From contig CM052816.1 of assembly GCA_028534125.1 (NCBI GenBank), forward strand, positions 78,184,001-78,248,000: a DNA stretch of 64,000 nt, written 5' to 3'. The notes under the pieces are model-generated. The model did not search any database. It was given only the letters and a program-made list of their open reading frames with translations, and had not been told where the DNA came from. The translations under genes were made by a program, and so were the position numbers. Each line of letters opens with the position of its first letter. Positions within the stretch are counted from its first letter, which is position 1. Shown here piece by piece: positions 35,101 through 47,100 of this stretch. This stretch comes from Lama glama. Its lineage: Eukaryota.

Positions 35101-38100
35101 TTTCATACCAGCTGATTTCATTCATTCAACAAATATTTATCAAGGACCTGCTCTGTGCCAGGCACATATTTAAACACGGGATAGAGAAGTAAACAAAACT
35201 TCTTTTGAAATGTTGATGTTTAACATAAGGGAAGATGCTCTTTTTTTAATAGGAAGACCAGGCTTGTGCAACTTGCCTTATTCTTGCTTGTTCCACTGCT
35301 GCCTGTGACAGAGAAGTATCTGCTTGGGCTACTCGGGCTTTCTTCAGGTATTTGACACTTTTCTATTGTTCTTGGCCACTTCTTAATGGTTGCATTGGCC
35401 AGTGTGATTGTTTAAGTGAGTGCACAACAGTTGAGTAAAGTTAATGAAATTTATTTGCAAAAAGATGAAATCTGGAAAGATGACAATAGTACTGGGAGCA
35501 GCTGGGTTAGCATAATTTATGCATTGTTACCCTTTGTCTGGATTCTCTCCTGCAACTTCTGTCTAGTCTTCTTTCTACCTCAGTTACTGTCTCATCTATC
35601 TTTTCTACTTCCTCAAACACTATACCAGTTCTGCTTTTTGTGTATCATTTGCACTGAGAGATTCTAAATCATTTTAAGAAAACTTGATATCAGAGAGATT
35701 TTTATCTGGAAAATACTGAGCTAAGAATAAGAATTTAAAATGCAATTTTGTTTAAAAGAATTTTTAAGTAGTCTAACCATAATCTGGTGTGAAAATTACC
35801 CTATACTTAATGAGTATAGTGCCCTAACTATACTTACTTATTAAGTAAGTTCTATGCACTGCAGACCCTTTTTTAGAAATTGCCAGAGTCCCTTATCGTT
35901 CTTCTTGGTAGCAGTTTCAAGTCAACATTTACTAAAGAAGTATTTTATTATGTATCTACACATTATTTCACAGTCAACTTAATGCATTAAAGTCTCCAAT
36001 GTTTAAAGCATTTATTTTGAAGCTAAGCAGGACTTGGAACAACTTCAGCTCTTAAGATGGATAGTTTCATTGAATAAACTCAGCCCCTGTTGTTATAAAA
36101 ATAGGTACGGTGGTGAAGCGCAGATGAGATTTCCAACCACTCTCCCCACTCCCAGTAATGTTGGTCCCATCCTGGGGTCTCCTGTCTACGCTAGTGAGTA
36201 TGAAACATTGAATTGGAACTGTTTCTAATAGAGCTTGAATTTTATAAGCTCTGTAGCATATTTTAATGGATAAAATTTTTCTTTTTTTTTTATTTTACTG
36301 CTACTGTATTATTAGTGAACAATTCTATAGATGTCCGGCTCTTATTTAAAGTGATGATATATTAATATTGAATCCTTAATGTATACTAGGAAACAAAATA
36401 CCAATAGTGTTTACAGAACTCACTTCTTATTTATTCAAAAGGAAGGAGTTGAATGATTTAATGAAAAATTCCTACCTAAATGTTTTCCAAAGTGGGGATT
36501 GTTAGAAAGTTACTGAGAAATGAGATGAGTCCTTAATTCTTGAATGTATTATGGGTGGTGCCACTCTTCAGTCTTATGCATAGAAATAGTTTCTAATCTT
36601 GATCTGATTCAAAATATTGGGAGATAATTTTATAAATCTGTATATTCTTCTTTCCTTTTTAGGTTCTCCTGTTCCTAGTGGTAGTCCGTATCCAAATCCA
36701 TCCTTTTTGGGAACACCATCTCAAGGTGCCTCTTCTGTTTTAGGTTGCTGCTACTTTTCTTTTTGAGGAGCTAACATTGTGAATTGTTATTCTTGATGCT
36801 TAGAGTGAAAAAGATTAACTTGACCTATTCCCCTAAAAATAATATAATTTAATAGAAGTGGCTTCCAAGCAAGTATTGGCATTTGATCACAAATACCTTT
36901 ACTTGGGAACTCTTTAATAGTGTGCTTGGAAAGCCCCCTTTTCAGGTACCAGGATTTAATTACCAGTCTTGACCTGTATAATTAGTGCTATGTCACACCC
37001 AGTGTTAAGGTGCAATGATTGCAAGCTTTCTTACATCCTGCATTGCCTGCACTTGAAAGCCCATCCAGGAGTTCCCATCCGAGTCTCAGTCTCTTATCGA
37101 GGAAAGCCAAATTAAATAACTATTTACTCCAGTATTTTTGTGAATGTTCTTACCTATGGGTCTAGATTCTGTTGACTTGGGTTATTGAGACTTCTAAATG
37201 TTAAAGGTTAAATTTTGAGATTTGTTTTCCTTATGTGTGTACAAGGTGTTCATCCTCCTACCATATCAACCCCAGTGAGTGCTGTGGGAAACTTAGCAAC
37301 TCAGGCCCCAGGTATCAGTTGTATGGCTGGACCAGAGATTGTGTACTCTGGAAAACACAATGGTATCTGCATTTATTTTTCTCGAATCATGGGGTAAGTT
37401 TTTCAAAGAATAATTAACTGTTGCTCACTGTATTCTGTTTTGTGTAACTGAACATTTTTAGCTTTAAATTTCTAACATCATTCATTGTTGTTAAATTTTA
37501 CTTACAATTTTTAGCTCACTTGTCCATTAATATAATTGTTTTCTCTCATTCAGCCTTTTTATTATCTAATCATTAATATTTGTTACTGTGTTGTATATGT
37601 GTGTATACATATATACACCTTCAAAATGTATTTACATGTATTAATATATAGTGTAACATGTGTCTGCAAGTCTGTTAGGCAGTTCTGGTCTTAGCTAGGC
37701 TCACAGTGCAAATGAAACCAGCACTGAGGTTGAAGAGAGTTCTGGCACCCGTGGCTGGACTCACACGTGTTTAGAGTTATGTTTGCCTGCTGGTTTAGAA
37801 TGGCCTCAGCTGGGACAGCTAGATCTCCACGTGGTCTCTCGTCCTCCAGCAGGCTAGCCAAGGATCATCCACGTCGTGGTGGCAAGGTTCTGTGGGAGTA
37901 GAAACTTGCAAAGCCTCCTGATACCTAGGCTCTAGATTGGCCTGCTGTCATTTCCACCTCATTTACTTGGCAAGTGGACATCTCCAAGCCAGTCCAGATT
38001 CAAAAAGTGGGAAACGTTCCTCGTTATAAGAGAGGCATCAAAGTCAGTTGTAAAGGGCATTGGTGTAGGGAGGGATAAAGAATTACAGGTATTTTTGCAT

Positions 38101-41100
38101 CTACCATCTACTTAATTATCATGTCTGGTGTATCTTTTTATTAGATTTGAGATGTATGCTTTCATTTGAATCGTTTGCTTAAAAATGTGAAACATTGCAT
38201 AACCCATTTTATAAGCTTCCATATTTACAATTCATTACCCAGAGTCTCTATTTTTCTTTAGCAGTGTTTTGTTATGTGAAATAACTTAGATGTATCAGAT
38301 CTGGAAATTTTCCTGCCTTTTGTTCTTTCAGATAACTTAGTAAATGAAATCATTGCTACCCTTTAAAAACTGAACAAACACATAAGAGGGAAGGTACAAT
38401 ATATTGTGATTGTTTTTATTGATCTAAGCACAATCATTAAAATATTTTTTTGTTCCAGAAACATCTGGGATGCTAGTTTAGTTGTGGAGAGAGTATTCAA
38501 GAGTGGCAGCAGAGAGATCACTGCAGTAAGTGTGTTGTATAATAGTATTCTGTTATCTGTACGTAACCATTTTATGTTATTAATGGGTAAGTAGATTGTT
38601 TCACGTTTCTTGATGTTATAAACAAGATGCAATGAGCATTCTTTTATATACATGTTTGTGTACTTGTCCAATGAATTGTCTACCTCCTGAGTTAAGTCTC
38701 AGCTGTGTCACTTACTAATTGATGAGTAAATTTCTTGACACTTCAGAGCCTGATATCTCACAGTCAGCTGAGAATATATCTCCCTCATAAGGTTGTTGTG
38801 AGGGCTGAATAGAGTCAGTCCTAATACTTAATATTGCTCAAAGTTACTATTTAATATTTTGCTCATATGCCCCAAAACTCCATGGTCTTGGCACTAATTT
38901 CCATGCATTGGCATACTTTCCAGAGTATGTTAACAAACATACAAATTTGTATTATCATAAGTTGAGGAAGTAAGATTTTTTTTTAATATGAAGTATGTAG
39001 GAAATTTATTTTAAGCTTTTTTGCTTTTTAACTGATATTCCTTTAAAGTTCACATTTCTAAGAATAAGAACATATTTACTTAACATAGTATATGATTCCA
39101 TTTATGTGAATTTCAAGAACAGATGAAATTAATTCTATAGTCTGTGATGTAAGGAAAGTGGTTGGTTCCCGAGGAGGTCAAATGACTAATGACTAGAAAG
39201 GGGCAATAGAGAACTTTCTTGGGTGTTGGAAATATTGTATATTGTGGTCTGGGTGGTGACTATATTAAAATATAAAAAGTTATCAAGGTATTCATTTAGG
39301 ATTTGTGTATTGTAGTGTCTGTAAATTACACCTCAGTAAAACCAGAGCAGGAGGAGAGGAATGTGGTTATCTAGCCCTTTATTCTGGTCACCAAGTGTTA
39401 ATTGATATAAGAGATAACTTTTATTGTTTATGAAGATAGGGTACCTCAAAATTAAAACTTTATGTTCTGTTATTTTAAATGTACAGAGCATATGCTTTTT
39501 TATAGTTTTTTTTTAGAGTTTTTAATTTTTAAAATACTTCCTTCCTTTCAGATTGAAAGTAGTGTTCCCTCCCAGCTGCTGGAGTCAGTGCTACAAGAAC
39601 TAAAAGGTTTGCAAGAATTTCTAGACAGAAACTCCCAATTTGCAGGAGGACCATTAGGAAATCCAAAGTAAGAATAAATAGGATTTATTTACTCTTTTTT
39701 TTTCTGAGATCTAATTCACGTATTATAAAATTTATTCTTTTAAAATGTTTCATGGTTTTTAGTATATTTATGAAGTTATACAGTCATCACCACTAATTCC
39801 AGAACATTTGCATCACACCAGAAAGAAACCCTGTACCCATTAGCAGTCACTCTCTGTCTTAATCCAAGCTGCAGTAACAAAAATACCATAGACTAAGTGA
39901 AGTGCTTAGACAACAAACATTTATTTTTCATAGTTCTGAAGGCTGGAAGTGAGATAGGGTGCCAGCATGGTCAAGTTCTGGTGAGAACCTTCATAATTTA
40001 CAGACAGCTGATTTCTTTCTTTGTCCTTACATGGCAGGGACAAAACCAGACAGCAGGTTCTCCTGTTTCTTCTTATAAGTGTAGTAATCCCTTCATGGGG
40101 CTCCATGTTCATGACCTCACCTAAACCTAGTTATCTCCCAAAGGTCCCACCTGCAAATACCATCACTCTGCGGATGAGAGCATCACCATATGAATCTGGT
40201 AATGGGGCACAAACATTCAGTCCATAGCACTTCCCAGTTGCCCTTCCCCTAGTCCCTGGCAAACACTAATCTATTCTCTCTCTCCATGGACCTGCCGTAT
40301 ATTGGCTCTTTTATACAAATAGAAATATGCAATAGGTGGCCTTTTGTTTCTGGCTTCTTTCTCTTAGCATAATATTGTCAAGGTTCACATAATATAGTAT
40401 GTATCAGTACTTTGATTTCATTTTTTGGTTCATCATTTGTTGCACAGTTGGGTTGTTCCAGCTTTTTGGCTATTACGAATAATGCTAATATTAACATTCC
40501 TATAAAAGTTTTTGTGTCAACACATATTTAGGATGAACTTTTTTTTTATTATAAAAGTAATATGGACTTGTAGGGGAAGGTATAGCTCAGTGGTAGAGTA
40601 TGTGCTTAGCATGCATAAGGTCCTGGGTTCAATCTCCAGCACCTCTCTTAAAAATAAATATATAAACCTAGTTAAAAAATTAAATCCAGTTACCACTTAC
40701 CCCCCTCCAAAAAGTTACATGGACTTATGGTAACTTATATTACTTCCCTGATGGATTAATTTGAAGTATGACAGTATAAACTTCTAAAGCATAAATGAAT
40801 ATTTGTTTTTAATACAAATTTTAAAGGTTTCACTCCATTTAAAGTTATTGCAAAATATTGACTATATTCCCCTTGTACAGTACATCCTTGTGGCCCATCT
40901 TACACCTGGTAGTTTGTCCCTCCCACTCCCTCACCCCATATAGCCCCTCCCCACCGGTAACCATTAGTTTGTTCTCCATATCTGTAAGTCTGCTTCTTTT
41001 TTGTTATATTCACTACTTTGTTGTATTTTTTAGATCCCACATATAAGTGATATCATACAGTATTTGTCTTTCTTTGACTTATCTCACTTAGCATAGTGCC

Positions 41101-44100
41101 CTCCAAAGTCCATCCATGTTGATGCAAATGGCAAAATTTCGTTCTTTTTTATGGCTGAGTAGTACTCCATTGCATTTATATGCCGTATCTTCTTTATCCT
41201 TTCAGATGTTGATGGACACTTAGGTTGCTTCCGTATCTTGGCAATTGTAAATAATGCTGCTAGGAACATTGGGATGCATGTATCTTTTCAAATTAGTGTT
41301 TTGGGTTTCTTTTGGATCTATACCCAGGAGTGGAATTGCAGGGTCACATGGTAGTTCTACTTAAGTTTTTTGAGAAACCTCCAACTGTTTTCTACAGTGA
41401 CTGCACCAATTTACATTCCCACTAACAGTGTATAAGATTCCTTTTTCTCCACATCCTCACCAGCATTTGTTATTTGTGTTCTTTTTGAGGATAGCCATTA
41501 TAACAGGTGGGAAGTGATATCTCATTGTGGTTTTGATTTACATTTCCCTGATGATTAGCAGTGTTGAGCATCTTTTCATATGCCCGTTGGCCATCTGCAT
41601 TTCCTCTTGGGAAAAATGTCTGTTCCATTTTTCTCCCCATTTTTAATCTGGTTGTTTGGTGTTTTTATGTTGAGCTGTATAAGCTGTTCATATATACTAA
41701 ATGTTAATCCCTTATCAGTTTTATCATTTGCAAATATTTTCTCCCATTCAGTAAAGCGTCTTTTCATTTTGTTGATGCTTTCCTTTGCTGTGCAAAAGCT
41801 TTTACATTTAATTAGGTCTCATTTGTTTGTTTTTGCTTTTATTTCCTTTAGGAGATGGATCCTAAAAAAATACTGCTGCAATTTATGTCAAGAAGTGTTC
41901 TGCCTATGTTTTTCTCTAGGAGTTTTATAGTATCTGGTCTTACATTTAGGTGTTTTTAGTCCATTTTGAGTTTATTTTTGTATATGGTGTTAGAGAACAT
42001 TCTGATTTTATTCTTTTACATGTAGCTATCCAGTTTTCCCAGCACCACTAATTGAAGAGACTGTCTTTTGTATTGTCATTGTATATTTTTGCCTCCTTTG
42101 TGGTAGATTAATAGACCATAAGTGCACAGGTTTATTTCAGGGCTCTCTATCCTGTACCATTGATCTGTGTGTCTGTTTCTGTGCCAGTACCATATTGTTT
42201 TGATTACTGTAGCTTTGTAGTATAATGTGAAGTGAGGGTATGTGATTCCTCCTGTTTTATTTAAAGATTGTTTTGGCTGTTCAGAGTCTTTCTGTGTTGC
42301 CATACACATTTTAAAGTATTCTAGTTCTGTAAAAAAATGCCATTGGTATTTTGATAGGGTTTGCATTGAATCTGTAGATTTCCTTGTATATTATCATTGA
42401 ATATACATTTCCTTAAAAGTAAAAATAGTATCTAAGTAGGCATACTTTGGTGAAATATTGTTTATATTCAGTACATCCTTTAGAACATTCCAAATCAATG
42501 GAATAAACTGTATTGGCTACATGTTATTCCATTATTTTTATGCAAGCAATTAGTGATATAACTCTATTCATAATTAGGTTGTTCTGTTTCTTGATGTTAT
42601 AAACATCAAGGTGGGCATCCTAATCTTATTCTTGACTTTAATAGGAAAGTGTGTAGTTTTTTCCATAAGAGGGAGAAGTTTAATGCCTAGATATAGTTTA
42701 TCATGCTAAGAAACTATCCATTTCTGTTTTATTGACTATTTCTATAAAGTGAATATTGAAGTACGTCAGATGTCTACATCTGACAGAGATGATCATATTA
42801 TTTTTTTCCTTACCTTTATTAACGGAATTATATTAACAGATTGCCTAATTTCAACCAACCCTTGCAACATTAGTTTCACTGAGTATGGGAATTTTTAAAT
42901 GGTTTTTTGAGATATAGCGTACATACCATAAAACTCATTTATTCAGTGTTTTCTCCCAGTTTTCACTCCCTTGTTGTCATATAGCTTTGCAGAAATGGTG
43001 GTGCCTTTGGGGAAAAGCATCAAGAGTAATAACTGCTTCCTTCCAAACTTTTCAGACCATAGGGCCCCCTTCTCTCAGTTCCTCTGCTCCAGTGTTCCTC
43101 AACCTTCTCACTGCAGACATTGTAGACTGAGTAATTCTTTGTTGTGGGGGCTGTCGTGTGCATTGTAGGATGTTTGGGACCATCCTTGGCTTCTGCCTAC
43201 CAGTTACGAATAGTTCTCTCCCAATTATGACCATCAAAATGTTTCCAGACTTTACTGAATGTTCCCTGGGAGTTTTACTCATCACAGTGTTTTGAGACTC
43301 AGTTCACCTTTGGACAAAGCCTAAAGATAAAGGAATAGGGGGGAAAAAAACACTATACTCACCTCCTTATGAGCTATCATAGTTTTGGCTTCCCCTGCCT
43401 GTGTACTGTTATTGACCTTGTGGAGGCCTCAGGTAAGTGATTGCTTTTTGTATTCTGTCCAGGGTTCTCAGTTGTAGCTAATGAGAGAGGCTGTAACAGG
43501 CTTAACCCATCTTGGCAGGCACTGTCAGTCTAGTTTTTAATTTAGTATCATTATATGAATCTGGTTTTAAATGTATTTAATGTGCTTAAATCCAGTGCAG
43601 ATTGTTTTTTCAGTGCAAAATTATCTTAACTTTTTCCCTCTCCAGACTGCTCTTGAGTCGTTTTCACGCTATTTGGTACCTTCTTCGCCTTCTAGCATGA
43701 CAGAACATTTTAGCCTCATTTGGTACAATTCTTGCCCTAGAGTGAATTGGCTGTTTTCCTAGGAAGCCCTGGTTTCTTTTGGTAGGAAAGGATGTTAGAG
43801 ACTACAGCCGGAGGTATTAATTCCTGCTGGTCATGCTATGTGTTGTTTTGTTTTTATTTTCTAATAAAAGAAAATTGTGAGTTTCTACTGTTGTTTTCAG
43901 TTCAGATTTAAGATTAAAAGGATTTTACTCAGTTTTTTTGTGGTATATTTGTATTATTTTTACTCTAAAAATCTTGTTTTCTAACAACAGTGACATAATC
44001 ACTTGTGCGCTTCGTTCTACAGTGTACTTGTCATAGCTTTAGTAGTCATATACTTTTGAAGTTAAAATCTTAATCTAAATTTCAGTTAATGTTAGGTACC

Positions 44101-47100
44101 AAACAAAATTTTCCCTGAAAGTTCATCATTCTTTTAATGGAAGTATAGTTAATTTACAATATTATATTAGTTTCAAGTGTATAGCACTGTGATTCAGTAT
44201 TTTTACAGATTATACTCCATTGAACATTATTACAAGAGAAAGGCTATAATTCCCTGTGCTATATACTATATCCTTGTTTCTTATCTATTTTATACATAGT
44301 AGTTTGTATCTCTTAATCCCATACCCTTAATTTTCCCCTCCCCCTTCCCTCTCCCAGTTGGTAATTACTGGTTTGTTTTCTAAGTCTGTGAGTCTGTTTC
44401 TGTTTTACATACACATTTTTTAGGTTCATCATTCTTTTCTTTGCATCCCTGAAGTTGCATTAAGATCTGAAATATCAGATTCTTCACCAAGTGAGCACCA
44501 AATGTTCTTATTTTGCTCATTTCTCTCAGTAACCAGTATTTCCTTACAGCAGGTTTTTTGCTTTTTATTTTTCTCCAGACGTTTTCTCATCTGTAAGATG
44601 GGATTCTTAGTCTTACCTTATAGAGTTGTTTCATTACGCTAAGTCATCGGTCAGGGCAAAAAGCAAGTGTTCAATAAAAAGGAACCTACTGTTAATATCT
44701 ATTTACTCTCAGTGAAAATTTAAGCATCTGAGAGATTAAAATGCTCTAGGTTTAAATTGTTAATAATGCATTTGTCAGTGATTATTTCACTAATCTACAG
44801 AGGAAAAGAATATTCACAGTATATTCCAGCTCATTTATATGACTACTCAGAATAGGCAAATTTATAGAGACAGAAAAATAGATTAGCTGTTGCTTAGGGT
44901 AGGGCGGGAGGAATGGGGATTGGCTGCTAATGGAGAGTGAGTAAAGATGTTCTGTAATTAAATTGTGATAGTTGCACAACCCTGTGAGTAACTTTTAAAA
45001 ATTAACTTGTACATTTTAAGTGGTTGAATTGTATGGTATATGAATTGTATCTCAGTGAAGCTGTTCAAAACACCATTATACATTCTGGAATTTCTGTTTC
45101 AGTACTACTGCCAAAGTGCAGCAGAGGCTGATAGGATTCATGCGTCCTGAGAATGGAAATACGCAGCAAATGCAACAGGAGCTGCAAAGGAAGTTTCATG
45201 GTAAATTATTGCTTCTGATCTGTTAAATGTACTTGACCCCAGTAAGAAATTTTATTAGGTGAATAGAATACAATGGACATCTCGATAAGATCTAGTTTGT
45301 GGTAACAAATGCTGTTATTAAAGTAATATTAGTGTGATTTGCAAAAGTCAAATAATATGATTATCATGTATTTCCATAACTTTCAGTTCATAACTGTTTT
45401 TTTTCCTTTACTCCACTGGAAAACATGATACACATTCTTTTTTAATTAATTTTTTTATCATGCTAAAATTGTATATAATGTAGAATTTACCGTTTTAACC
45501 ATTTTTAACTGTACAGTTCTGTGGCATTCCATAAGTTCACTTGTTATGCTGCAGTATCATGATTGCAAACATCACCACTATCTGTCTCCAGAACTTTTTC
45601 ACCTTCCTAGGCTGAAACTCTGTACCTCTGAAACATAATAACTCATCTTTTTCCCTGCCCCTGGCAACCACCTTTTTTTTTCCTGTGGGATAGAGGTAAT
45701 TAGGTTTGTTTATCTATTTATAGAGAGAGTACTAGGGGGTGAACCCAGGACCTCATGCATGCTAAGAATGTGCTCTACCACTTGAGCTGTATCCTCCCCC
45801 TACAACCACCATTTTTTTTTTTCTGTCTTGGAATTTTACTAACCTATGTACCTCATATAAGTGGAACTATACAGTGTTTGTCATTTTGTGACTGGCTTAT
45901 TGCACTTAGCATGTCTTCAGAATTCATCTGTGTTGTGGCATGTGTCAGAATTTCCTTCATTTTTAAGACTAAGAAATATAGAAATATTCCGTTGTGTATA
46001 CATGCCACACTCTGTTTATCCTTTCATCTGTTGGTGCACTTACATTGCTTTCACCTTTGGGGTATTGCGAATAATACTGCTGTGAACATGGTGTACAAAT
46101 AGAAATTTGAGTCCCTGCTTTTAGTTCTTTTATTATATATCCCAAAGTATAATTGCAAGATTATGTGTAATTCTGTTTTTAATTTTTTGAGGAACCACAA
46201 CTGTTTTCCATAGCAACTATACCATTTTACATTTCCACCAGTAGTACACAAAGTATTCCAATTTCTTCACATTGTCACCAGCAATTTTTCTTTCTTTCTT
46301 TTTAAAATATCCATCCTAATGTATGTGAAATGTGAATCAACTTTTAAGTTGTGTTCTTTTATCTGTTATAAAAAGTAACAACTAAGGAAAGAGCAAGGAA
46401 ACTGAAAAGTTCTTATAATCATCAATTATTCCAGATATGAATTGAAATAGTAACAAAATATTGTTTAAATTTGTCTGCCTTTTTTTTTTTAAAGTTCTTT
46501 TGTGTGAGCCAGTTATTCTGGCTGATAGAACTTTGCTAATAAACACTCAGCCATTTACTTTCGTCCCAGGATACTTTTCCTTCTCTTCCTGCTGGGCTCA
46601 GTTTTCTGTCTACTATTCTGTAAATTATTTTTTCAATACTTCTTTTCTGGTAAGTTTGACAAAATACAAACATTGATAAGGATTCATACAAAAGGGAGCA
46701 CTCAGATTGCTGACAGTATACACTTTGGAGAACAACTTGATCATATCTGTTAAAGGTGAAAATGCATATATATTCAAAGCCAGCGGCTTGACTTCTAGGT
46801 ATATATTCAAAAGCAGTCTTTATCAGACTTTTTTCACACAGTAAGAAATAATTTTTACATTATGACCCAGATGTTTAAAAGCATACACACACAACTGAAA
46901 CAAAATATTTAAGAAATAACTGTATGTATTTTATTCTTTAATTTTTTTGTCTCTTTTATTCTATTTCCTTTTTGAGGGGATAAAAAAGCTGTCATGACTG
47001 ACAGTTGATTTTGTGGTTTGCAGATGCATCTTAATTTGAAAAACCGTCCTAGCAAAACCTGACTGTGTTTTCCAGGAGACCCTTTTTTAAGAATATTTAT

